Assembly: GCF_009914755.1 (NCBI RefSeq)
Contig: NC_060948.1
Source: the human T2T-CHM13v2.0 reference genome, Homo sapiens
Direction: 5' to 3' (one strand)
Length of the DNA stretch: 64,000 nucleotides
Below, piece after piece: positions 30,301-43,350 of the stretch (position 1 is its first letter; every line of letters begins with the position of its first letter). The position numbers and the translations under genes are program-made. Under the pieces are notes generated by a model, which saw nothing but the letters and a program-made list of their open reading frames with translations, made no database searches and was not told the DNA's origin.

Positions 30301-33300
30301 AATCACATAGAATGGAGTGGAATCAAATGGAATTGAATCGAAAGGAAAGGAAGCGAATGGACTGAAATGAAATGGAATGGAATTGAATGGAAATTAATGC
30401 AATGGAATAGAATGGAACGAAATTTCACGGAATGGAATCAAACTGAATGGAATCAAATCAATGGAATATAATCAAATGGAATGGAAAGGAATTGAATGGA
30501 GTAGATTGGATTGGATGGGATTGGAATGAAATGTACTGGAAAGGACTCGAATTTCATGAAACGGAATGGAATGAATTAGAACGGAATGGACTCGAATGGA
30601 ATGGAATGTCATGGAATGGCATCAAATGGAATGGAATCGAATGCGATGGAATGCTATGGAATGGAATGGAATGCATTGGAATGGAATGTCCTCTAATGGA
30701 ATGTATTCGAGTGGAATGGAATCGAATATAATGGAGTCTAATGAAATGGAATTGAAAGGAATGGGACCGAATACAATGGAATATACTGGAATGTAATGTA
30801 ATGAACTCGAATGTAATTGACTGGAATGGAATGTACATGAATGGAATGTAATCGAATGGAAAGCAATCCAATGGAATAGAATCTAATGCAATAAAATCGA
30901 CTCAAATAGAGTAGAATGTAATGGAATGGAGTGCAGTGCAATGGAATGGAATGGAATGGAATGCAATGGAATGGAATGGAATGGAATGGAATGAGATGGA
31001 ATGGTATGGAATGGATAGTAATGGACTGGAGTGAAATGGACTGGAAAAGAATGGACTCAAATTGAAAGGGCTCGAAAGGAATGGAGTCAAATGGAATGGT
31101 CTGGAATGGAATGAACACGAATGTAATGCAATCCAATGGAATGGAATCGAATGGCATGGAATATAAAGAAATGGAATCGAAGAGAATGGAAACAAATGGA
31201 ATGGAATTGAATGGAATGGAATTGAATGGAATGGGAACGAATGGAGTGAAATTGTATGCAGTAGAAGAGAATAGAATGGAATGCAAGCGAAAGGAAAGGA
31301 ATGGATTGGAATGGAATGGAATTCATTGGAATGGAAGGGAATGTAGTGTAATGGACAGGCCTGGAATAAAGTGGAATGCTACGGTCTCGAATGGAATAAA
31401 AATGTATGGAATGGAATGCAATGAAACGGAATCGAATGTCATAGAATGTAATGGAATGCAAAAAAATGGAATCCAAAATCATTGACTGGAAAGGCTGGGT
31501 GTCGAAAGGAATTGACTCCAATGGAATGGAATCGAATGGAATGGAAGTGAATAGAATGGAACTAAATCGAATGGAATGGAATTCATAGGAACGGAATGGA
31601 AAGGAATGCAATGATTTGGCATGGAATGGAATCGAATGGCATCGAATGGAATGGAATGGAATGCAATGGAATGGAATGTATTAGAATGTAATGAACTTTA
31701 ATGGAATGTACTCGAATGGATTCGACTGGAATGGAATGTTCTCGAAGTGAATGGACTCCAATGGAATGGATTCGAAAGGAATGGAATCTAATGGAATGGA
31801 ATTAAATGGAAATGAATCAAATTGAATAGAACGGAATTGAATTGAATGGAATCGAATGCAATGGAATCTAATGAAATGGAAAGGAAAGGAATGGAATGGA
31901 TTGGAATGGAATGGGCTGGAATGGAATGGAATCGAAACGAATGGAATGGAATCGAACTGAAGAGACTGGAATGGAATGCACTGGAATGGAAGGGAATGTA
32001 ATGGAAGGTTCTCGAAAAAAATGGAATCGAAAGGAATGGAATTGAATGGAACGGAATAGAGTCGAATGGAATTCAATGGAATGGAATGGACTAGAGTGAA
32101 ATGGAATCGAACCACAAGGAATGGACAGGAATAGAATGGTCTCGAATTGAATGGAATCGTATGGAATGGCATCAATCAGAATGGAATGGACAGCCACGGA
32201 ATGGAATGGACACCCACGGAATGGAATGCACTCGAATGCAATGGAGTCGACACTAATGGACTGGAATAGAATGGACTCGACTGATACGGACTCCAATGGA
32301 ATGGAATCGAATGGAAGGGAATCGAACGGAATGGACTCGAAGGAAAAAGACTGCAATGGAAAGGTCTCCAATGGAATGGAAATTAATGGAATGGAATGGA
32401 ATCGAATGAAATGGAGTCAAAAGGAATGGAATCGAATGGCAAGAAATCGAATGTAATGGAATCGCAAGGAATTGATGTGAACGGAACGGAATGGAATGGA
32501 ATCCAAAGGAATGGAATAGAATGGAATGGAATCGAATGGAAAGGACTCGAATGGACATCACTCGAATTGAATGCAATTTAATAAAATAGGATCAAATGTA
32601 ATGGAATGGAATGGAAAGGAATCGAAACGAAAGGAATGGAGACAGATGGAATGGAATGGAACAGAGAGCAATGGTATAGAATGGAATGGAATCATCTGGA
32701 ATGGAATTGAATGGAATGGAATAACATGAAATGGACTGGAATGGAATGGAATGCCCTTGAATTAAATGGACTGGAATGGAATGGACTCGAACAGAGTGGA
32801 ATGGAAAGTGTTGAAATAGAATGGAATGGACTCGTTTGGAATGGTCTAGTATGCAATGCAATCGACTGGCAGGGAATCAAAAGGAATGTAATCGAATGGA
32901 TTGGACTGGAATGCAATGGACTCGAATAGATTGGAAACGGAAAGCAAAGGAATGGAATGGAATAGTATGGAATGGAATGGAAAGGAATGGAGTGGAATAG
33001 ACTAGAGTGGAATGGAATGGACTCGAAAGCAATGGACTGGAATGGAACTTTCTTGAATGGACTGGAATCAAACGGAATGGAATGCAATGCAATCAAATGG
33101 CATGGAATAAAATAGAATGAAAGAGAATGAAATGGAATTGAATCGAATGGAATCGAATGGATTGGAAAGGAATAGAATGGAATGGAATGGAATTGACTCA
33201 AATGGAATGGACTAGAATGGAATGGATTCGAATGGAAGGCAAAGGAATGGAATCTATTGGAATGGACTGTAATGGAATGGAATGGAAGGGATTGGAATGG

Positions 33301-35020
33301 ACTCGAATGGAATGGACTGCAATAGAAAGGATTCGAATGGAATGAAAAAGAATTGAATGGAATAGAACAGAATGGAATCAAATCGAATGAAATGGAATGG
33401 AATAGAAAGGAATGGAATGAAATGGAATGGAAAGGATTCGAATGGAATGCAATCGAATGGAATGCAATCTAATGGAATGGAATCGAACGGAATGGAATAA
33501 AATGGAAGAAAACTGGCAAGAAATGGAGTCGAAATGAATGGAGTGTTATGGAACCGACTCAAAAGGAATTGAATGTAATAGAATGGAGTGGAGTGGACTC
33601 GAATATAATGGACTGGAATGGAATGAAATCACATGGAATGGGAACGAATGGAATGGAATGGAAAGGAATGGAATAGAATGGAAAGGAATCGAATGGAAGG
33701 GAATGAAATTGAATCAACAGGAATGGAAGGGAGTAGAATAGACGGTAATGGAATGGACTCGAATAGAATGGACACGAATGCTCAAATTGAATGGACTCGA
33801 ATGGAATGGAAACGAAAGGAATGTCATCGAATGGAATTGAATCGATTGGAATGAAATCACATAGAATGGAGTGGAATCAAATGGAATTGAATCGAAAGGA
33901 AAGGAAGCGAATGGACTGAAATGAAATGGAATGGAATTGAATGGAAATTAATGCAATGGAATAGAATGGAACGAAATTTCACGGAATGGAATCAAACTGA
34001 ATGGAATCAAATCAATGGAATATAATCAAATGGAATGGAAAGGAATTGAATGGAGTAGATTGGATTGGATGGGATTGGAATGAAATGTACTGGAAAGGAC
34101 TCGAATTTCATGAAACGGAATGGAATGAATTAGAACGGAATGGACTCGAATGGAATGGAATGTCATGGAATGGCATCAAATGGAATGGAATCGAATGCGA
34201 TGGAATGCTATGGAATGGAATGGAATGCATTGGAATGGAATGTCCTCTAATGGAATGTATTCGAGTGGAATGGAATCGAATATAATGGAGTCTAATGAAA
34301 TGGAATTGAAAGGAATGGGACCGAATACAATGGAATATACTGGAATGTAATGTAATGAACTCGAATGTAATTGACTGGAATGGAATGTACATGAATGGAA
34401 TGTAATCGAATGGAAAGCAATCCAATGGAATAGAATCTAATGCAATAAAATCGACTCAAATAGAGTAGAATGTAATGGAATGGAGTGCAGTGCAATGGAA
34501 TGGAATGGAATGGAATGCAATGGAATGGAATGGAATGGAATGGAATGAGATGGAATGGTATGGAATGGATAGTAATGGACTGGAGTGAAATGGACTGGAA
34601 AAGAATGGACTCAAATTGAAAGGGCTCGAAAGGAATGGAGTCAAATGGAATGGTCTGGAATGGAATGAACACGAATGTAATGCAATCCAATGGAATGGAA
34701 TCGAATGGCATGGAATATAAAGAAATGGAATCGAAGAGAATGGAAACAAATGGAATGGAATTGAATGGAATGGAATTGAATGGAATGGGAACGAATGGAG
34801 TGAAATTGTATGCAGTAGAAGAGAATAGAATGGAATGCAAGCGAAAGGAAAGGAATGGATTGGAATGGAATGGAATTCATTGGAATGGAAGGGAATGTAG
34901 TGTAATGGACAGGCCTGGAATAAAGTGGAATGCTACGGTCTCGAATGGAATAAAAATGTATGGAATGGAATGCAATGAAACGGAATCGAATGTCATAGAA
35001 TGTAATGGAATGCAAAAAAA
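24360..35020 (+). repeat. Near-identical triplication, 3 x 3554 bp
   Basis: Block-specific variants recur at exact 3554-bp steps: GAATTCATAG (~24471/28025/31579), CTGATACGG, AAGGAAAAAG, GGACATCACTCGAATTG, AACATGAAATGGACTGG, GCAATCTAAT, GAATGAGATGG. Confidence 0.88.
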
Positions 35021-36299
35021 TGGACTCCAAAATCATTGACTGGAAAGGCTGGGTGTCGAAAGGAATTGACTCCAATGGAATGGAAGTGAATAGAATGGAA
35101 CTAAATCGAATGGAATGGAATTGATAGGAACGGAATGGAAAGGAATGCAATGATTTGGCATGGAATGGAATCGAATGGCATCGAATGGAATGGAATGGAA
35201 TGCAATGGAATGGAATGTATTAGAATGTAATGAACTTTAATGGAATGTACTCGAATGGATTCGACTGGAATGGAATGTTCTCGAAGTGAATGGACTCCAA
35301 TGGAATGGATTCGAAAGGAATGGAATCTAATGGAATGGAATTAAATGGAAATGAATCAAATTGAATAGAACGGAATTGAATTGAATGGAATCGAATGCAA
35401 TGGAATCTAATGAAACGGAAAGGAAAGGAATGGAATGGATTGGAATGGAATGGGCTGTAATGGAATGGAATCGAAACGAATGGAATGGAATCGAACTGAA
35501 GAGACTGGAATGGAATGCACTGGAATGGAAGGGAATGTAATGGAAGGTTCTCGAAAAAAATGGAATCGAAAGGAATGGAATTGAATGGAACGGAATAGAG
35601 TCGAATGGAATTCAATGGAATGGAATGGACTAGAGTGAAATGGAATCGAACCACAAGGAATGGACAGGAATAGAATGGTCTCGAATTGAATGGAATCGTA
35701 TGGAATGGCATCAAACGGAATGGAATGGACAGCCACGGAATGGAATGGACACCCACGGAATGGAATGCACTCGAATGCAATGGAGTCGACACTAATGGAC
35801 TGGAATAGAATGGACTCGACTGGTACGGACTCCAATGGAATGGAATCGAATGGAAGGGAATCGAACGGAATGGACTCGAAGGGAAAAGACTGCAATGGAA
35901 AGGTCTCCAATGGAATGGAAATTAATGGAATGGAATGGAATCGAATGAAATGGAGTCAAAAGGAATGGAATCGAATGGCAAGAAATCGAATGTAATGGAA
36001 TCGCAAGGAATGGATGTGAACGGAACGGAATGGAATGGAATCCAAAGGAATGGAATAGAATGGAATGGAATCGAATGGAAAGGACTCGAATGGAAATCAC
36101 TCGAATAGAATGCAATTTAATAAAATAGGATCAAATGTAATGGAATGGAATGGAAAGGAATCGAAACGAAAGGAATGGAGACAGATGGAATGGAATGGAA
36201 CAGAGAGCAATGGTATAGAATGGAATGGAATCATCTGGAATGGAATTGAATGGAATGGAATAATATGAAATGGAATGGAATGGAATGGAATGCCCTTGA

Positions 36300-39200
36300 A
36301 TTAAATGGACTGGAATGGAATGGACTCGAACAGAGTGGAATGGAAAGTGTTGAAATAGAATGGAATGGACTCGTTTGGAATGGTCTAGTATGCAATGCAA
36401 TCGACTGGCAGGGAATCAAAAGGAATGTAATCGAATGGATTGGACTGGAATGCAATGGACTCGAATAGATTGGAAACGGAAAGCAAAGGAATGGAATGGA
36501 ATAGTATGGAATGGAATGGAAAGGAATGGAGTGGAATAGACTAGAGTGGAATGGAATGGACTGGAAAGCAATGGACTGGAATGGAACTTTCTTGAATGGA
36601 CTGGAATCAAACGGAATGGAATGCAATGCAATCAAATGGCATGGAATAAAATAGAATGAAAGAGAATCAAATGGAATTGAATCGAATGGAATCGAATGGA
36701 TTGGAAAGGAATAGAATGGAATGGAACGGAATTGACTCAAATGGAATGGACTAGAATGGAATGGATTCGAATGGAAGGCAAAGGAATGGAATCTATTGGA
36801 ATGGACTGTAATGGAATGGAATGGAAGGGATTGGAATGGACTCGAATGGAATGGACTGCCATAGAAAGGATTCGAATGGAATGAAAAAGAATTGAATGGA
36901 ATAGAACAGAATGGAATCAAATCGAATGAAATGGAATGGAATAGAAAGGAATGGAGTGAAATGGAATGGAAAGGATTCGAATGGAATGCAATCGAATGGA
37001 ATGCAATCGAATGGAATGGAATCGAACGGAATGGAATAAAATGGAAGAAAACTGGCAAGAAATGGAATCGAAATGAACGGAGTGTTATGGAATGGACTCA
37101 AAAGGAATTGAATGTAATAGAATGGAGTGGAGTGGACTCGAATATAATGGACTGGAATGGAATGAAATCACATGGAATGGGAACGAATGGAATGGAATGG
37201 AAAGGAATGGAATCGAATGGAAAGGAATCGAATGGAAGGGAATGAAATTGAATCAACAGGAATGGAAGGGAGTAGAATAGACGGTAATGGAATGGACTCG
37301 AATAGAATGGACACGAATGCTCAAATTGAATGGACTCGAATGGAATGGAAACGAAAGGAATGTCATCGAATGGAATTGAATCGATTGGAATGAAATCACA
37401 TAGAATGGAGTGGAATCAAATGGAATTGAATCGAAAGGAAAGGAAGCGAATGGACTGAAATGAAATGGAATGGAATTGAATGGAAATTAATGCAATGGAA
37501 TAGAATGGAACGAAATTTCACGGAATGGAATCAAACTGAATGGAATCAAATCAATGGAATATAATCAAATGGAATGGAAAGGAATTGAATGGAGTAGATT
37601 GGATTGGATGGGATTGGAATGAAATGTACTGGAAAGGACTCGAATTTCATGAAACGGAATGGAATGAATTAGAACGGAATGGACTCGAATGGAATGGAAT
37701 GTCATGGAATGGTATCAAATGGAATGGAATCGAATGCGATGGAATGCTATGGAATGGAATGGAATGCATTGGAATGGAATGTCCTCTAATGGAATGTATT
37801 CGAGTGGAATGGAATCGAATATAATGGAGTCTAATGAAATGGAATTGAAAGGAATGGGACCGAATACAATGGAATATACTGGAATGTAATGTAATGAACT
37901 CGAATGTAATTGACTGGAATGGAATGTACATGAATGGAATGTAATCGAATGGAAAGCAATCCAATGGAATAGAATCTAATGCAATAAAATCGACTCAAAT
38001 AGAGTAGAATGTAATGGAATGGAGTGCAGTGCAATGGAATGGAATGGAATGGAATGCAATGGAATGGAATGGAATGGGATGGAATGGTATGGAATGGATA
38101 GTAATGGACTGGAGTGAAATGGACTGGAAAAGAATGGACTCAAATTGAAAGGGCTCGAAAGGAATGGAGTCAAATGGAATGGTCTGGAATGGAATGAACA
38201 CGAATGTAATGCAATCCAATAGAATGGAATCGAATGGCATGGAATATAAAGAAATGGAATCGAAGAGAATGGAAACAAATGGAATGGAATTGAATGGAAT
38301 GGGAACGAATGGAGTGAAATTGTATGCAGTAGAAGAGAATAGAATGGAATGCAAGCGAAAGGAAAGGAATGGATTGGAATGGAATGGAATTCATTGGAAT
38401 GGAAGGGAATGTAGTGTAATGGACAGGCCTGGAATAAAGTGGAATGCTACGGTCTCGAATGGAATAAAAATGTATGGAATGGAATGCAATGAAACGGAAT
38501 CGAATGTCATAGAATGTAATGGAATGCAAAAAAATGGACTCCAAAATCATTGACTGGAAAGGCTGGGTGTCGAAAGGAATTGCCTCCAATGGAATGGAAT
38601 CGAATGGAATGGAAGTGAATAGAATGGAACTAAATCGAATGGAATGGAATTGATAGGAACGGAATGGAAAGGAATGCAATGATTTGGCATGGAATGGAAT
38701 CGAATGGCATCGAATGGAATGGAATGGAATGCAATGGAATGGAATGTATTAGAATGTAATGAACTTTAATGGAATGTACTCGAATGGATTCGACTGGAAT
38801 GGAATGTTCTTGAAGTGAATGGACTCCAATGGAATGGATTCGAAAGGAATGGAATCTAATGGAATGGAATTAAATGGAAATGAATCAAATTGAATAGAAC
38901 GGAATTGAATTGAATGGAATCGAATGCAATGGAATCTAATGAAACGGAAAGGAAAGGAATGGAATGGAATGGAATGGGCTGGAATGGAAAGGAATCGAAA
39001 CGAATGGAATGGAATCGAACTGAAGAGACTGGAATGGAATGCACTGGAATGGAAGGGAATGTAATGGAAGGTTCTCGAAAAAAATGGAATCGAAAGGAAT
39101 GGAATTGAATGGAACGGAATAGAGTCGAATGGAATTCAATGGAATGGAATGGACTAGAGTGAAATGGAATCGAACCACAAGGAATGGACAGGAATAGAAT

Positions 39201-42200
39201 GGTCTCGAATTGAATGGAATCGTATGGAATGGCATCAAACGGAATGGAATGGACACCCACGGAATGGAATGCACTCGAATGCAATGGAGTCGAAACTAAT
39301 GGACTGGAATAGAATGGACTCGACTGGTACGGACTCCAATGGAATGGAATCGAATGGAAGGGAATCGAACGGAATGGACTCGAAGGGAAAAGACTGCAAT
39401 GGAAAGGTCTCGAATGGAATGGAAATTAATGGAATCGAATGGAATCGAATGAAATGGAGTCAAAAGGAATGGAATCGAATGGCAAGAAATCGAATGTAAT
39501 GGAATCGCAAGGAATTGATGTGAACGGAACGGAATGGAATGGAATCCAAAGGAATGGAATAGAATGGAATGGAATCGAATGGAAAGGACTCGAATGGCAA
39601 TCACTCGAATAGATTGCAATTTAATAAAATAGGATCAAATGTAATGGAATGGAATGGAAAGGAATCGAAACGAAAGGAATGGAGACAGATGGAATGGAAT
39701 GGAACAGAGAGCAATGGTATAGAATGGAATGGAATCATCTGGAATGGAATTGAATGGAATGGAATAATATGAAATGGAATGGAATGGAATGGAATGCCTT
39801 TGAATTAAATGGACTGGAATGGAATGGACTCGAACAGAGTGGAATGGAAAGTGTTGAAATAGAATGGAATGGACTCGTTTGGAATGGTCTAGTATGCAAT
39901 GCAATCGACTGGCAGGGAATCAAAAGGAATGTAATCGAATGGATTGGACTGGAATGCAATGGACTCGAATAGATTGGAAACGGAAAGCAAAGGAATGGAA
40001 TGGAATAGTATGGAATGGAATGGAAAGGAATGGAGTGGAATAGACTAGAGTGGAATGGAATGGACTGGAAAGCAATGGACTGGAATGGAACTTTCTTGAA
40101 TGGACTGGAATCAAACGGAATGGAATGCAATGCAATCAAATGGCATGGAATAAAATAGAATGAAAGAGAATCAAATGGAATTGAATCGAATGGAATCGAA
40201 TGGATTGGAAAGGAATAGAATGGAATGGAACGGAATTGACTCAAATGGAATGGACTAGAATGGAATGGATTCGAATGGAAGGCAAAGGAATGGAATCTAT
40301 TGGAATGGACTGTAATGGAATGGAATGGAAGGGATTGGAATGGACTCGAATGGAATGGACTGCCATAGAAAGGATTCGAATGGAATGAAAAAGAATTGAA
40401 TGGAATAGAACAGAATGGAATCAAATCGAATGAAATGGAATGGAATAGAAAGGAATGGAGTGAAATGGAATGGAAAGGATTCGAATGGAATGCAATCGAA
40501 TGGAATGCAATCGAATGGAATGGAATCGAACGGAATGGAATAAAATGGAAGAAAACTGGCAAGAAATGGAATCGAAATGAACGGAGTGTTATGGAACGGA
40601 CTCAAAAGGAATTGAATGTAATAGAATGGAGTGGAGTGGACTCGAATATAATGGACTGGAATGGAATGAAATCACATGGAATGGGAACGAATGGAATGGA
40701 ATGGAAAGGAATGGAATCGAATGGAAAGGAATCGAATGGAAGGGAATGAAATTGAATCAACAGGAATGGAAGGGAGTAGAATAGACGGTAATGGAATGGA
40801 CTCGAATAGAATGGACACGAATGCTCAAATTGAATGGACTCGAATGGAATGGAAACGAAAGGAATGTCATCGAATGGAATTGAATCGATTGGAATGAAAT
40901 CACATAGAATGGAGTGGAATCAAATGGAATTGAATCGAAAGGAAAGGAAGCGAATGGACTGAAATGAAATGGAATGGAATTGAATGGAAATTAATGCAAT
41001 GGAATAGAATGGAACGAAATTTCACGGAATGGAATCAAACTGAATGGAATCAAATCAATGGAATATAATCAAATGGAATGGAAAGGAATTGAATGGAGTA
41101 GATTGGATTGGATGGGATTGGAATGAAATGTACTGGAAAGGACTCGAATTTCATGAAACGGAATGGAATGAATTAGAACGGAATGGACTCGAATGGAATG
41201 GAATGTCATGGAATGGCATCAAATGGAATGGAATCGAATGCGATGGAATGCTATGGAATGGAATGGAATGCATTGGAATGGAATGTCCTCTAATGGAATG
41301 TATTCGAGTGGAATGGAATCGAATATAATGGAGTCTAATGAAATGGAATTGAAAGGAATGGGACCGAATACAATGGAATATACTGGAATGTAATGTAATG
41401 AACTCGAATGTAATTGACTGGAATGGAATGTACATGAATGGAATGTAATCGAATGGAAAGCAATCCAATGGAATAGAATCTAATGCAATAAAATCGACTC
41501 AAATAGAGTAGAATGTAATGAAATGGAGTGCAGTGCAATGGAATGGAATGGAATGGAATGCAATGGAATGGAATGGAATGGGATGGAATGGTATGGAATG
41601 GATAGTAATGGACTGGAGTGAAATGGACTGGAAAAGAATGGACTCAAATTGAAAGGGCTCGAAAGGAATGGAGTCAAATGGAATGGTCTGGAATGGAATG
41701 AACACGAATGTAATGCAATCCAATAGAATGGAATCGAATGGCATGGAATATAAAGAAATGGAATCGAAGAGAATGGAAACAAATGGAATGGAATTGAATG
41801 GAATGGGAACGAATGGAGTGAAATTGTATGCAGTAGAAGAGAATAGAATGGAATGCAAGCGAAAGGAAAGGAATGGATTGGAATGGAATGGAATTCATTG
41901 GAATGGAAGGGAATGTAGTGTAATGGACAGGCCTGGAATAAAGTGGAATGCTACGGTCTCGAATGGAATAAAAATGTATGGAATGGAATGCAATGAAACG
42001 GAATCGAATGTCATAGAATGTAATGGAATGCAAAAAAATGGACTCCAAAATCATTGACTGGAAAGGCTGGGTGTCGAAAGGAATTGCCTCCAATGGAATG
42101 GAATCGAATGGAATGGAAGTGAATAGAATGGAACTAAATCGAATGGAATGGAATTGATAGGAACGGAATGGAAAGGAATGCAATGATTTGGCATGGAATG

Positions 42201-43350
42201 GAATCGAATGGCATCGAATGGAATGGAATGGAATGCAATGGAATGGAATGTATTAGAATGTAATGAACTTTAATGGAATGTACTCGAATGGATTCGACTG
42301 GAATGGAATGTTCTTGAAGTGAATGGACTCCAATGGAATGGATTCGAAAGGAATGGAATCTAATGGAATGGAATTAAATGGAAATGAATCAAATTGAATA
42401 GAACGGAATTGAATTGAATGGAATCGAATGCAATGGAATCTAATGAAACGGAAAGGAAAGGAATGGAATGGAATGGAATGGGCTGGAATGGAAAGGAATC
42501 GAAACGAATGGAATGGAATCGAACTGAAGAGACTGGAATGGAATGCACTGGAATGGAAGGGAATGTAATGGAAGGTTCTCGAAAAAAATGGAATCGAAAG
42601 GAATGGAATTGAATGGAACGGAATAGAGTCGAATGGAATTCAATGGAATGGAATGGACTAGAGTGAAATGGAATCGAACCACAAGGAATGGACAGGAATA
42701 GAATGGTCTCGAATTGAATGGAATCGTATGGAATGGCATCAAACGGAATGGAATGGACACCCACGGAATGGAATGCACTCGAATGCAATGGAGTCGAAAC
42801 TAATGGACTGGAATAGAATGGACTCGACTGGTACGGACTCCAATGGAATGGAATCGAATGGAAGGGAATCGAACGGAATGGACTCGAAGGGAAAAGACTG
42901 CAATGGAAAGGTCTCGAATGGAATGGAAATTAATGGAATCGAATGGAATCGAATGAAATGGAGTCAAAAGGAATGGAATCGAATGGCAAGAAATCGAATG
43001 TAATGGAATCGCAAGGAATTGATGTGAACGGAACGGAATGGAATGGAATCCAAAGGAATGGAATAGAATGGAATGGAATCGAATGGAAAGGACTCGAATG
43101 GCAATCACTCGAATAGATTGCAATTTAATAAAATAGGATCAAATGTAATGGAATGGAATGGAAAGGAATCGAAACGAAAGGAATGGAGACAGATGGAATG
43201 GAATGGAACAGAGAGCAATGGTATAGAATGGAATGGAATCATCTGGAATGGAATTGAATGGAATGGAATAATATGAAATGGAATGGAATGGAATGGAATG
43301 CCTTTGAATTAAATGGACTGGAATGGAATGGACTCGAACAGAGTGGAATG
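36300..43350 (+). repeat. Near-identical tandem duplication, 2 x 3504 bp
   Basis: Private variants pair at 3504-bp spacing: GGAACGGAATTGAC, CTGCCATAG, TTGCCTCC, TTCTTGAAGTG, single GGACACCCAC, GGCAATCACTCGAATAGATTG, GCCTTTGAATT (39799/43303). Confidence 0.88.

Larger units (their letters stand above)
3806..35790 (+). repeat. Ten-unit sub-array marked by a 20-bp internal duplication and a SalI site
   Basis: GGACAGCCACGGAATGGAAT-GGACACCCACGGAATGGAAT followed by GTCGAC (3864, 7393, 10942, 14476, 18045, 21599, 25138, 28692, 32246, 35785). All other units have one 20-bp copy and GTCGAA. Confidence 0.88.
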
